This document shows positions 28,361 to 41,707 of a stretch of 64,000 nucleotides of DNA, in pieces (the first letter of the stretch is position 1; each line of letters begins with the position of its first letter). A program made the position numbers and the translations under genes. The notes under the pieces were generated by a model. That model saw only the letters and a program-made list of their open reading frames with translations. It did not search any database and was not told where the DNA came from. This DNA is from Octopus vulgaris (lineage: Eukaryota): assembly GCA_951406725.2 (NCBI GenBank), contig OX597821.1, positions 94,178,001 through 94,242,000 on the forward strand, written 5' to 3'.

Positions 28361-28622
28361 ATGGAAGCACTCCGTCGGTTACGACGATGAGGCTTCCGGT
28401 TGATCCAAATCAACGGAACAGCCTGCTCGTGAAATTAACGTGTAAGTGGCTGAGCACTCCACAGACACGTGCACCCTTAACGTAGTTCTCGGGGATATTC
28501 AGCGTGACACAGAGAGTGACAAGGCCGGCCCCTTGAAATACAGGTACAACAGAAACAGGAAGTAAGAGTGAGAGAAAGTTGTGGTGAAAGAGTACAACAG
28601 GGATCACCACCATCCCCTGCCG
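28361..28622 (-). mobile_element. OR-type SINE 3' portion
   Basis: Near-identical to 7288-7550. Confidence 0.8.
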
Positions 28623-28970
28623 GTCAGATGATTGTACACTCAAGGCAAATCAATAGTAAGTTTCCCGCTCACTAAAATGAATAGAAAAATTCTCAATATT
28701 TCAATGTATTCTTTTACTCGTTTCTGTTCTTTTTATTTTGCTACAGTCTTTTGTTGCGGACATGATGAAGCAACGCCCGCATTGCTTAGTCGTAGAAATC
28801 AACAATAGTGCTTCCTTCAAGTCTGATACGTATTTCATCGTTTTATCATATGAAAAAATAAAATTTTTTTCCTTTGGTTTTCTTTGCCGAAACACTAAGT
28901 TGCGGGTCGTAAACGAACACCAATGAAACAATGTGGGGAACGATCACAAGCGCAAAGACGCACATACGCA

Positions 28971-29009
<39 letters not shown>

Positions 29010-29139
29010 TTATATATGCTTACATACATTTGCGTGCATGAATACATTCACGCACACATGCATATTTATACACATACTTTCATATATACACACATATGCA
29101 CGCATATGTATAGGTATGTCTGTCTGTCTGTCTGTCTGC

Positions 29140-29180
<41 letters not shown>

Positions 29181-29185
29181 CATCC

Positions 29186-29244
<59 letters not shown>

Positions 29245-29245
29245 C

Positions 29246-29294
<49 letters not shown>

Positions 29295-29297
29295 CCA

Positions 29298-29375
<78 letters not shown>

Positions 29376-29394
29376 GCGTACATGTATATACACA

Positions 29395-29530
29395 TACGGT
29401 AACCTTACGCATAGTTTTCATCAATTAAATTCACTCACAAGGAATTTAATCGACCCGGAGCTATAGTAGAAGGTACTTGCCGAAGGTGACGCGCAGTGCA
29501 ACTGAACCCGAATCCACGTAGTAGGGGAAA
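29395..29530 (-). mobile_element. Bipartite SINE head fragment (degenerate)
   Basis: CTATAGTAGAAGGTACTTGCC...ACTGAACCCG. Confidence 0.55.
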
Positions 29531-30601
29531 AAAAAAATCCGTGGTTTTTTCCATGGCTGTAATTTTTTTCATTCGAAGCGGAACCTGATTGTTATTCACT
29601 GCAACGTAGTCCACTTGTCTCCATCTTTAAGTGTTTATACTCCTTTGTCGCTTCCGGTTTTTAACGAACTCACACGAAGTTAGATTCGAGTAGTTGGATT
29701 ATTGTAGTTGTTGATATATTTTGCCTTGTTTGTATTATTTATTTTTGTTGTTACTATTATTAATGTTTGTGTTGTTGTTGTTTAATATAGGAGTGGTGTG
29801 ATTGTGTTATTATTAAGTTATTGCCCATTGTTGTTTAAAATAAAAGAATATTATTATAAAGAGATTTAATATATCAATACTCCACTGTGATATAACATTG
29901 TTGAAATTAATGGAAATGAAATAATTTATCGAAACTCATCGAATGACGGGTCATCGTAATCGATTAAAATTTATATAAATAACTTTATAACAATACATTC
30001 TTCGAAAACTATCAAGAGGACATCTCAATCAATAAGGCGAATCGAAGGGATAGATCATCGCAAATTATCAAAATATCCAATAATCGAACGTTATCTAGAA
30101 TTATCGAAAGTTCATGGAATTTTATCGCAATTGATCTAAACAAAAGAATATTGAAATTCTTTGAATTTTCGACAAAATTCTTAATTTCGTTAGTTTATCG
30201 AAATACCATGGTGGTTCATAGAAATTCATATAAATCCTTTAAAAGTAAGAATAGTACATCAAAAGTTTTCCGCTGGATTGTTCATCAAAATTCATCATTG
30301 AAATTTCGGGATTTTGCATAAAAATTGATCGAAAGGACAGTTTATCGAAAACTTCCGAAAGTACAAATTAACAAAATTTTCAAGTGTATAGAAAATTTTA
30401 ACGAAAAGTCAGTTTATCGAAATATATTGAAAAGTCAGTCTATGAAAATTTATCTTATGGACAGTTCATCAAAGTTCTTCAAAAGACAAGTTAATCAAAA
30501 TTTTAGAAAGGCTAGTTTATCAAAATTATCGAAATAAAAATCGTGTAAATTTCTCAAATAAACAGTTTTTTTTTTCGAATTTGATCAAAAGTCGACATAT
30601 A

Positions 30602-31046
30602 TCCTTTTCTTCTCTAGGCACAAGGCCCGAAATTTTTGGGGAGGAGGAAAGTCGGTTAGATCGACCCCAGTACGCAACTGGTGCTTAATTTATCAGAACA
30701 CATAACGTAAAGACAGACGAAATACCTATTTCTTTACTATCCACAAGGAGCTAAACACAGAGAGGACAAACAAGAACAGACAAACGGATTAAGTCGATTA
30801 TATCGATCCCAGTGCGTAACTGGTACTTATTTAATCGACCCCGAAAGGATGAAAGGCAAAGTCGACCTCGGCGGAATTTGAACTCAGAACGAAATACCTA
30901 TTTCTTTACTACCCACAAGGAGCTACACACAGAGAGGACAAACAAGAACAGACAAACGGATTAAGTCGATTATATCGATCCCAGTGCGTAACTGGTACTT
31001 ATTTAATCGATCCCGAAAGGATGAAAGGCAAAGTCGACCTCGGCGG
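30602..31046 (-). mobile_element. Nin/Deu-like SINE tandem multimer
   Basis: Same repeated module as 3318-3875. Confidence 0.8.
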
Positions 31047-31208
31047 ACGAGTGAATTTTGGGAGTAGGGCCTGGCAAGTCTACGAGATAGACGGAAGGGC
31101 ATTGTAGAAAATGAAGGAGAGTATATTTTAGATTAAAAACCTTATTTATTTTAATTTTGAAAAATAAAAGAAGTATTAAAAAACCACGTTATTTATAGAC
31201 TGACCCAT
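31047..31208 (+). mobile_element. Mariner 3' end fragment, same family as 14477-15383
   Basis: GGAGAGTATATTTTAGATTAA stop region and TIR TTATTTATAGACTGACCC. Confidence 0.7.
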
Positions 31209-31850
31209 TATATATGTATGTGTGTGTGTGTATACATATATATTATGTACATCCACTATACATACATTTACATTAACAACATTATATATGTGTGTGTAGT
31301 TGCGGATCAATGAACTACAGGTGTAAAGTGGAATGCGCTAGATTGATGTTAGTTTATTTGTGATATACTTTCATTAATTGTAGCTGTAACTCTGTATGAT
31401 GTATATGAGCAATACAGTAAAAAGAGCGATATTTCGAATATTTGAAATGAATATCAAACATGAATTTTGGATTGAATTTCCTCAGCTGTAGATTGACATA
31501 TCAGTTTCTACATGCAAATGTATATGTTCTGATTGCAATAAGAAGGAAACCTTTATAGCTAAGGCGTTATCACGCTCTCAAACTCATCAAAGGAGTGTAA
31601 TATCATGCTAACATGAAACATGCTTAAAACAGTAGTTTTAAGTCTTTCAAATTACAACCTGGCGTATTAAAGTAAAAAGGAGGCGACATTTGACAATGTC
31701 GTACTTGATATACAAAATGGTGAAATGATAGCAACCGGAACTGCTTTGCTTATGAAGTTTGCTTAGTAAGAATTGATTTGAGGCTAAACAATAACGGCAA
31801 CGAAATATTGCTTCGTGTTTTCCTATTACTGATGATATACTGTTCAATGT

Positions 31851-32235
31851 GGAGGCGCAATGGCCCAGTGGTTACGGCAGCGGACTCGCGGTCGTAGGAT
31901 GGCGGTTTCGATTCTCAGACCGGGCGTTGTGAGTGTTTATTGAGCGAAAACACCTAAAAAGCTCCACGAGGCTCCGGTAGAGGATGGTGGTGATCCCTGC
32001 TGTACTCTTTCACCACAACTTTCTCTCACTCTTACTTCCTGTTTCTGTTGTACCTGTATTTCAAAGGGCTGGCCTTGTCACTCTCTGTGTCACGCTGAAT
32101 ATCCCCGAGAACTACGTTAAGGGTACACGTGTCTGTGGAGTGCTCAGTCACTTACACGTTAATTTCACGAGCAGGCTGTTCCGTTGATCGGATCAACCAG
32201 AACCCTCGTCGTCGTAACCGACGGAGTGCTTCCAT
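31851..32235 (+). mobile_element. tRNA(Arg)-like SINE (OR-type), full length
   Basis: GGAGGCGCAATGGCCCAGTGGTT...GACTCGCG...TTCGATTC head and (TCCA)n tail. Confidence 0.82.
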
Positions 32236-32502
32236 CCATCCACTGTTCAACGTGTAACACTTTTTCTCTAGATTATACTTTTCTGGTTCAGTTGTCGAAA
32301 TGGTGATTTGTATAATGGTGGTGTGTTTGTGGATATAAAATTATGGTAGTGACGGCAGTGATGTAGGAAGGTTACGGTTGTATGATTGTGAGTGCAGTCG
32401 AGACGTGGGCATGGTAAATATTTAGTTGTAACCACAACGTAGCGATGCATTTGTTTTTGATAAATGTTGCTTTACATAGTTTACGAATGAAGTGTAAAAG
32501 GG

Positions 32503-32842
32503 TAAAGGCCCTCTTCGGTCATGAATGACCGTGAGATTGCACCTAGGAAGTTCCCCTCCGAGGCACAAGTCCGAGTAAGGTTGTTTACGGAAGACTAGCA
32601 GTCACCCATGCATATCAGTTTTCCTTCTGCACATCACCGATGTTGTCCAAGGAAAAGGCAAAGGGGCCGATACAGCTTGGCACCAGTGACGTTGCAGCTC
32701 ATTTCTACAGCTGAGTGAACTGGAGCAACGTGAAATAACGTCTCTTGCTCAAGAACACAACACACAGACCAGTCCGGGAATCGAACTCACTACTTCATGA
32801 TTGTGAGCCCGACGCTCTAACTACTGAGCCATGCGCCTTCAC
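32503..32842 (-). mobile_element. tRNA-derived SINE with Meta/CORE-like central domain
   Basis: Minus strand TGGCTCAGTAGTTAGAGC...GTTCGATTCC...TTCTTGAGCAAGA...GCTCCAGTTCACTCAGCTG. Second copy at 40095-40437. Confidence 0.75.
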
Positions 32843-33177
32843 AGCGTACGAATAGCCTGCAGTATACGGGCACATTATTCAGCTCTAGACTTGAAGCCTG
32901 TAGTTTAGTGACTGATTTGCTATGTTCTCTGATGATTCATTTTTATCACCGCAACACATGTTGCACTCTGTTTTATTTTTACAATATCAATATGTCAAAC
33001 AGTATTGGGAAAACCTTAATTGTGCCTTTGTTTGAAGCGCCAGTTGTTACTGAAACATACAAACCATGCTCTTTGATAGACTCCGCCTGCTTTTGTGCAG
33101 AATGCAGCGGCAGACATTTTACATAATAGAGCTATTGCTTTAATTTTGCCACGTGTCACAGGTTGCACCAACGATAA

Positions 33178-33570
33178 TCTTTATATATAAAAGTAAGGTT
33201 GTGTGTCTGTCTACTCCGATTTAGATTCCTAACTACTCCCACATTTTGCAGTGCAGTTTAACCAAAACTGGGTATCTTATAGTCGTGATTCATATCGAGC
33301 CCTTCTGGGTATTAGCGCGCGTCTACGATGAGTCTACGATTTTAAAAAAATTTACCATCATTTTTTTCCATTTTAATGCATATTTTTTTAATATAAGGGA
33401 AGTAACTCTCTAAAAATGTCTACGATGAGTCAACGATTTAAAAAAAATTTACCATCATATTTTTTTCCATTTTTAATGCATTTTTTTGCTATTTTTTGGC
33501 TATAACTCTCTAAAAATGCTTTATAGTTATTTCCCTTACAAACCCGAGCAACGCCGGGCGATACTGCTAG
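33178..33570 (+). mobile_element. Non-autonomous Helitron with internal duplication
   Basis: A|TC start, hairpin, CTAG|T end. Homologous to 24157-24469. Confidence 0.8.
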
Positions 33571-33966
33571 TAATGTATATTTCTTTGTCAGCTTTTATTC
33601 TCCAGTCACATGTTTGAATCTGCTGCATCACAGTATGATATACTTTGCAGAGTTATGTGGGCCAAAATTTTTTCTTACTGAGTTGATCGATCAAGAAAGA
33701 AAGCCTCAAGAAAAACGATGACCTACCAGTAATGCGAATGTCACCTTTATGCTTGCCTGTGGTAGCTTACCGTTCAACTGCGCTTTTCCCTGTCGGGCAA
33801 TTCTCACATCACAAAGGTACTCGTATAGTGGACAAAAGTCGTGGAAGTTATTGTTTCTGCTTTTAGTAATAAACTAAAATTTTGTGGCTCTTTTATAGTT
33901 AAATGTAATCTGTCTTCTCGGCATTTCTTCAGAGATGGAACAGGAATAAAAATAGTTCCTCTAAAC

Positions 33967-34262
33967 CAGTGTTTTTCAAACTATTGGTCCCGACCCTTCA
34001 GTAGGTCGTTAGATAAATAAAATGGGTTGCATCAAAAAAGAAGGAAAGGAAAAAAAAAACGCAAGTGGGTGCAAAGCGCAGAATATAAACCAGCGATTTT
34101 CAAACTGTGGGTCCCGACCCTTCAGTGGATCGCAAGATGAATAAAATGAGCCGCGACAAAAATATTTGCAAAACGATACTCTAAACTGTAGGACTGGGCT
34201 AATTTCCTTCACGAATGTGTCGACAAAGTTGCTTCAGTACACAGAAGGTTGATGAATTGTTG
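33967..34262. mobile_element. hAT-like MITE remnant with duplicated left end
   Basis: CAGTGTTTTTCAAAC...GGTCCCGACCC repeated at about 34091. Confidence 0.45.
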
Positions 34263-34371
34263 CTTTAAAAAATAAAATAGCATAAAAATACAACTTGTTA
34301 TCAACCACTTTGATGTGGAAACTGACTTTACTTTTTATACTTTATTTTGATGTTATTATTCTGGAAGGATA

Positions 34372-34760
34372 AGGCGGTGAGCTGGCAGAATCGTTTATAC
34401 GCTGGGCAAAATGTTTAGCGGTATTTCATCCGTCTTTACGTTCTGAATTCAAATTCCGCCGAGGTTGATTTTGCCTTTCATCCTTTCGGAGTCGACAAAA
34501 CATATACCAGTTATTACTTGGGTCGATGTAATTGACTTATCTCCTCAACCGGAATTGCTGGCCTTCTGCCAAAATTTGAACTCATTATTCTGGAAGGATC
34601 GTTACAACATCGAACTAAATGTTTCGCGGTATTTCTATCTGCTGTTTATGTTCTGAGTTCAAATACCTCAGAGGTCAATTTTGTTTTCATTCTTCCGGGT
34701 CAATAAAATAAAGTACGCATCTAATACTGAGGTCAAGCATCGTCCCTTGTGCCCAAATGA
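34372..34760 (+). mobile_element. Nin/Deu-like SINEs (two adjacent copies)
   Basis: GGCGGTGAGCTGGCAGAATCGTT head and a second degenerate core at about 34650. Confidence 0.7.
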
Positions 34761-34857
34761 GACACCCTTATCATGTATAAAGGTATATAAAATGTTTCTG
34801 TGAACCTACTAAAGATGCTCTCAGTTTCAAGTAAATCTGAGATCATTTATATAAGTT

Positions 34858-35030
34858 TGCAGGAGTGGCTGTGTGGTAAGTAGCTTGCTTACCAACCACA
34901 AAGTTCCGGTTTCAGTCCCACTGTGTGGCACCTTGGGCAAGTGTCTTTTACTATAGCTTCGGGCCTACCAATGCCTTGTGAGGGGATTTGGTAGACGGAA
35001 ACTGAAAGAAGCCCGTCGTGTATATATATA
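34858..35030 (+). mobile_element. Bipartite SINE head
   Basis: GCAGGAGTGGCTGTGTGGTAAG...GAAGCCCGTCG. Confidence 0.75.
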
Positions 35031-35034
35031 CATA

Positions 35035-35182
35035 TTGTCCTCTTCAAACAGCCGCGCGAAGTACTGCTGAAAAGCCACACACATCTGCTCGGAGTCACGT
35101 AGAACGCGCCCATACCGATCCGTCAAAAACCTGATCGTGTTTTTGTTTCCACGTCGCGTCTTCACCATTCGAGCCCATAGAT
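35035..35182 (-). pseudogene. L1/Tx1-like ORF2 linker fragment
   Basis: RGNKNTIRFLTDRYGRVLRDSEQMCVAFQQYFARLF resembles the endonuclease-RT linker of L1/Tx1 elements. Confidence 0.5.
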
Positions 35183-35188
35183 ATGATG

Positions 35189-35252
<64 letters not shown>

Positions 35253-35933
35253 TACAAGCAAGCAGAATCGTTAGTGCGTCGCAAAATGCTTAGCGGCAGT
35301 TCGTCCGTCTTTACGTTCTGAGTTCAAATTCTGGGGTCAATGTAATCGACTAGTCCCTTCCCGAAAAATATCAGGCCTTGTGTCTATAGTAGGAAGGAGT
35401 ACGATTACTCTGTTAATACCTGTTTAATTAATGTCAATTTAATTACTCTGTTGATTTCCGAAATTGAATGACAGTATAATTATCTGTTCATTATGCATAT
35501 GTAAAATCTAAGTTTACCTCCATTTGTAACATAAACACAAAGCTACTAATTTTGTAGGAGCAGGTACATCGGCATTCCATAATTTAAACCGTTGAACGTT
35601 GAGTGCAAAGTCGACGCCAGTGCGATTTGAACTCAGTGAGAGAAGAGATTGTTTTGTCTGACACTCTTTTGACTCGACCATCCACCGTGTTTACACGTTA
35701 CATATGAGACCTTCTCCATCTTAGATTTAAATATAGCCACGAATTATGTGTATCCGGATTGGTTCTTTAAATTAAGCACACTATCCTATGGTGCTTGTTC
35801 ATTTGCATGTTTGATATATGATTTTATCCGTCTTGGTTGTAAACGTGATATTTCCCGTCGAACACGGATCTGATATTTGATAACCAGGCCCAGATACATT
35901 TCTCTGACTTCCTGCATGTTTGTGTGTATATAC

Positions 35934-36000
<67 letters not shown>

Positions 36001-36025
36001 TATGTATATATATGTGCATATATAA

Positions 36026-36075
<50 letters not shown>

Positions 36076-36188
36076 CGCACACTGGCTTGAAACTAAATTT
36101 ATCGACCATCTTGCTATTAAAACATCTTCACATTTCTAATTAACATTTATCGACACATTTTTCAAATTTACACAAGCTCATTAGCGTT

Positions 36189-36240
<52 letters not shown>

Positions 36241-36394
36241 TGTGTGTATAAATATTTATATATGTGTTTATACGCACGCACACGCACATACACATACGCT
36301 CACTCATATTCATGTGTGTGGAAGTTTATGTTATGTGATTATACGCACGCATAAACACACATACAAACAAACACACACACACACACGAACACAA

Positions 36395-37032
36395 AACACA
36401 AGAAATAATAAAAGTTAAGTCTGAGGAGAAGTTCGAAAATGTTCTTGGTGTCATCTTTTGAGATATTGTTGGTCAAAGTTACGGTATTAGGCCTGACTTT
36501 CCAATGCTCCGATGACAAACTTTGTCTGACTCCCGTAGCTGCCACATCTTAACGATCTCAATTCTCAGGTCTCCATATTTATCAATCTTTTCTCTGTCTT
36601 TCATGATGATATTATGATCTCCTGGCACTGCCACGTCAATTATTAGGCACTCTTGTTTGTCCCTCCTAAAGGTTACTATATCCGGCCTTCGGTGCTCTAA
36701 CACCTTGTGTGTCTGGAAATCAAAGCCCCAGAGAATTTTTGCCTTCCCCTTTTCGTCCATTACCTTTTCCGGTGTATGTTGCTACCGAGCACCCGTAACC
36801 TCATATCCATACTTCCCGCATAGTAGCCAGTGGAGTTTTTGGGCTACCTTGTGTCTCTGCAAGACTTTCACAAGCACTAACAATGTGAGTCATGCTTTCG
36901 ACCCTCTTCCAAAACATTCTGTAGAGGTTCGTTGCACTTGTGTAGTATATATTCTTTTTCATTGAGTTGGTATTCAATGCCTCGTCCTGGACAGCGGTGA
37001 TTAGGCTTTCAGTATTCTTTTTAGGTCACACT
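36395..37032 (-). pseudogene. Degenerate R4/Dong-type C-terminal RLE endonuclease region
   Basis: KAKILWGFDFQTHKVLEHRRPDIV...CLIIDVAVPGD...EKIDKYGDLRIEIVKMW, with AVQDEAL upstream. Confidence 0.8.
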
Positions 37033-37060
37033 TCATCATCATCATCACCATCACCATCAC

Positions 37061-37127
<67 letters not shown>

Positions 37128-37130
<3 letters not shown>

Positions 37131-37820
37131 TAGTTTTATTTTTATAGCGTGCTTTCACTTCACTACCGAGCGCAGCTCTGTGTGCCTTGGGTATGTGCTG
37201 TGATTTGTTGTGATGCTCTGATGGTTATTGTATGGAAAGTGTTCTGCGTAGGATGTGTGCAGTGCCTAGTAGTGCAATTTTCTGTATGTTATATGTGTTT
37301 GTAAGTCCTGGTGTTTTTGTTATGTATTTGTCTGAATATTTTTTTATCATGCCTAATGCGCCTACTATGATAGGAATTGTTTCTGTTTTCAGGTTCCACA
37401 TTCTAGTTACCTCTATTTCCAGGTTTTTGTATTTTGAGAGTTTCTCCATTTCTTTTAGAGACACGTTGTCATCTGCTGGTATTGATACATCAATTAGAAA
37501 GCATTTTTTTCCTTCATGATCTCTGACAACTATATCTGGTCTGTTGGCCTTAATTTCTCTATCTGTGTGTATCGGCATATCCCAGAGTATGGTTGCTTTC
37601 TCGTTTTCTGTGACCTTTTCTGGTGTGTGCCTATACCATCTTCTGTTGTTATTCCATAATGTTGGCATAGCTTCCAATGTATGTAGGTTCCAACTCTGTC
37701 ATGTCTGTGAATATATTCCTTCTTAGCCAGGACTGGGCAGCTAGAGATAATATAATTTATTGTTTCTTGTCCATCTCCACATATTCTGCAGTTACTTGTA
37801 ATATTTCTTTTCATTACATG

Positions 37821-37823
<3 letters not shown>
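37128..37823 (-). mobile_element. 5'-truncated R4/Dong-type retrotransposon (zinc knuckle, RLE, 3'UTR) in (TAA)n
   Basis: CRICG...SSC knuckle, RHD motif, RPDIVV...LIDVSIP...EKLSKY. One frameshift. (TTA)n on both flanks. Confidence 0.9.
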
Positions 37824-37881
<58 letters not shown>

Positions 37882-38412
37882 GAGTGAGAGAGCAGTGCGT
37901 GCCATCAAAGTAACACTGGGGTAAAATATACGAAGCCCAGTATACCCATCATGACAACCCGTCTGATAAGGGTACACTAGGCACATGCATCACAACCATA
38001 TGTGCGCGACATGGTGATCGCATATCAAGATAAACAGTACATGACCTTGCAAATGGGGTCCACTTAGAATTTTCTTCTGGTTGAGTAGCCCATCCTGCTC
38101 AAAAGGTCCCTGAATAAGGGTTGTTTAAGGATATAGAACGAAACACCCATGTTTCCAGAGGTGACTTATTCAAACCCCAAAGAATCCCTCTCAACACATG
38201 GCTATGATGCTCCCCCACTACTTCTGCTCGTGATCAGGTATGCACATATCGTCAGCCACTAAGGGACATGCTCAACTGGTTACGGTCAAACAACTGACAA
38301 GCAAATCTGTGGTATTGAGCAGAATATTTGCTGGAGCCCATCTTTTATACCAAGACAAAACAATGTACATAATAACACTTCCAATCAGTTATGATCAGAA
38401 GACACGAGAGCC
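37882..38412 (-). mobile_element. Non-coding (TAA)n-associated element of about 530 bp
   Basis: Begins immediately after (TTA)n. Its right part is duplicated at 26690-26893. Confidence 0.6.
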
Positions 38413-39222
38413 ACCGCGAAATAAAGTGTCTTTAAGAACACAACACACAACCCAATTCGGGAATCGAACTCACTATCCATGCTTTGGTCGACTTGGGAAC
38501 TATAGTAGAAAACACTTTGACCAAGATGCCACGCTGTGGGACTGAACCCGGAACCACACGACTAGGAAGCAAGTTTTTTACCACAACCACGCTAGTCAAA
38601 AGCAATTAATTAATAAATTGATTTATTAATCGATTGATTGACTAATTAACAAATCAACATAAACACCACCATCGTCTCAACCACCACCACCACCGTCTCA
38701 ATTACCACCCGCTATATCAGCAACAGCAGCAACACCCAGAATAACAACAGAGAACATTCGGGGTAAAAATGGGGTTCTTTGATGATGTGACAAGTTGATG
38801 ATGTGGTCGGCGTGGGTGGATGGGACGGGGCATATAGGGGAGAAGAACAATTTTGATTTCATTCGTGCCAGAAACTACCTAAGACACCTGCAAATGACGA
38901 CGTAACCGGAAGGCATCCGGTATTTCGATTTCAGAAAAAAAAAATTCCCTTATTTTTCCGGTCGGATAGGGGCACCTGTAGCAATAAGTGGCTTTGACTA
39001 ACACACACACACGTACACACACACATACACACACACACACACACACATACACACACACACACACACACGCACACACACACATGCACACACACACATGCCC
39101 ACAAACACACACACACACACACATATGTATATACACACACGTTTATATATACACTGTATATACTGTATATACGCGGGCGCCCACACAAACACAGATATGA
39201 CATACACATGTGTATCTATGTA

Positions 39223-39389
<167 letters not shown>

Positions 39390-39774
39390 AAGACAAGTGT
39401 GACACAATGATTGATAGGTAAGAAGCAAATTTACCACGGGGATTGCCTGGCCTTCACGTCTGAGGTTTCAGGTAGCAACATGATTGAGATTAATAACAAT
39501 AATAAATAACAACAACAACAATGATGATGACTTAGGTACAAAGCCAGCAAATAACGATCATCAGTTAGAACAGAAATCACTATACGATTAAATGAGATGA
39601 TCTAAATTCCTACACGTGTGTGGGTGGATGTCCGTGTGTGTCCGTGTGTCCGTCTGTGGGTGTTTGTGTGCACATCTGTCGTTTCGCTATCTTGGCTAAG
39701 ACTATACTGAAGCACCGCTGTTAATATGTAGTATGTATTCATGCATGTATGTAAGTATATATGTATGTATATCA

Positions 39775-40075
39775 CGTGATCACGTGACCGACTAGACCAT
39801 CAGATGTTGTTACACATCGCTGGTCACAATGCGTTCGCATTGTTTTAGCCTTCGAATGACGCCACCCCGCTGGCTAAGCGAGCAGGCCAACAGAAGAAAG
39901 AGTGGGAGAAAGAGTGGTGAAAGAGTACAGCAGGGATCATCACCCCCTGCCGGAGTCTCGTGGAGCTTTTAGGTGTTTTCGCTCAATAAACACACACAAC
40001 GCCCGGTCTGGGAATCGAAACCGCGATCCTACGACCGCGAGTCCGCTGCCCTAACCACTGGGACATTGCGCCTCC
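39775..40075 (-). mobile_element. OR-type SINE variant with a different 3' tail
   Basis: Head matches the 31851 copy, and the body diverges after CTTTCACCAC. Confidence 0.75.
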
Positions 40076-40094
40076 ATGTATGTATATAAAACAG

Positions 40095-40437
40095 GTAAAG
40101 GTAAAGACCCTCTTCGGTCATGAATGACCATGGCATTGCATCTAGAAGGTTACTCACCGAAGCACAAGTCCGGATAAGGTTGTTTATGGAAGACCAGCAG
40201 TCGCCCATGCATATCAGTCTCCCCTCTACAACGCCATCGAGTTTATCCAATGGAAAGGCAAAGGCCGATTAAGCTTGGCACCAAGTGACGACGCAACTCA
40301 TTTCTACAGCTGAGTGAACTGGAACAACGCGAAATAAAGTGTCTTTAAGAACACAACACCCAGCCCAATTCGGGAATCGAATTCACTACCTCATGATTGT
40401 GAGCCCGATGTTGCAGCCACTGAACCATGGGCCTTCA
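40095..40437 (-). mobile_element. Meta/CORE-like SINE
   Basis: Homologous to 32503-32842. Confidence 0.75.
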
Positions 40438-40461
40438 CATTCGTGTGTGTGCGCGCGCGCG

Positions 40462-40514
<53 letters not shown>

Positions 40515-40518
40515 CTTA

Positions 40519-40723
40519 TAAACAAGGGCAAAAAAAAAAAATTCTAATGCCAAATGTGCCGAAAACAGACACATCGTCAATAACCATATAATTCATCACT
40601 ATAAGCACGCGTGTCGGCTTTCTTCGAGACGCATGCTTATAATGATGAATTATATGGTTATGGACGATGTGTCTGTTTTCGTCATATTTGGCATTAGAAA
40701 TTTTTTTCTTTTGCACTCGTTTA
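40519..40723. repeat. Fold-back with arms of about 95 bp next to (TA)n
   Basis: 40519-40612 versus 40629-40723 are near-perfect reverse complements. Confidence 0.85.
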
Positions 40724-40935
40724 TTACTGTTCTTTCTCTGCTTATTCCACAGCAAGAGCACATACGAAGATGGAAAGTATCGCTGAGAAGGTCACAGATG
40801 TGTGTCGAAAGATTTCTGGAAAATGGACTTGAGTTAGAATAAGAACAGTAATAAATGAGGGAAGAACGAATATATAGTGCGTGTGCTTATTTGGCAAAAA
40901 AAAAAGAAGAAAAGTTACCATCCCGAAATACAATA

Positions 40936-41643
40936 GGATCTTTGTGGTTTTCGTCACTGTCTACAATTTTGCTCTTATTGTTTTCAAATTTGGTATATGG
41001 GTTAAGCTTTGTACACTAATTAGGAAAATAATATTCACTTTCCCTATAAATACAAAGTCAAAAAGTTATAAGCCTTTAAAATTTGCAAAATTTTAGCCAA
41101 TCAGAAGCAAGTATTTTTATACATCACCGTGGCGAAGAACTCTGTTTCCATAGTAACCAAAGATGCTGCGCATGCGCACAAGGAGTGTAACCACCATGTG
41201 TTCTATAATTGTTTCCTTTCATAAAAGATGGGACTCACACTCAACAAACTGACAGTACCTAGGCATCATAAAAGCGTGGAAACAAACACCGGAGTGAGAC
41301 ACACCATTCCATGGTTGACACTTTGTGAATTTATGTGGAGAAGGAGATGTGGGAAAGATAATTTATTTTATAAAATCCTAGAGTGTAACGCAAACTTTCG
41401 TTCTTGAATTTGTTTAACTAATAAATGTCTGTTTTAAGTAATGTTTTGACTGTTATTTCTAGCAATTCTAGGCGCAGGAGTGGCTGTGTGGTAAGTAGTT
41501 TGTTTACCAACCACATAGTTCCGGGTTCAGTCCCACTGTGTGGCACCTTGGGCAAGTGTCTTCTACTATAGCCTCGGCCGACCAAAGCCTTGTGAGTGGA
41601 TTTGGTAGACGGAAACTGAAAGAAGCCCGTCGTATATTGTATG

Positions 41644-41707
<64 letters not shown>

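Noticed and set aside
31851-31926. tRNA-Arg gene
   Set aside because: It is the head of a multi-copy SINE and lacks a proper acceptor stem and terminator.
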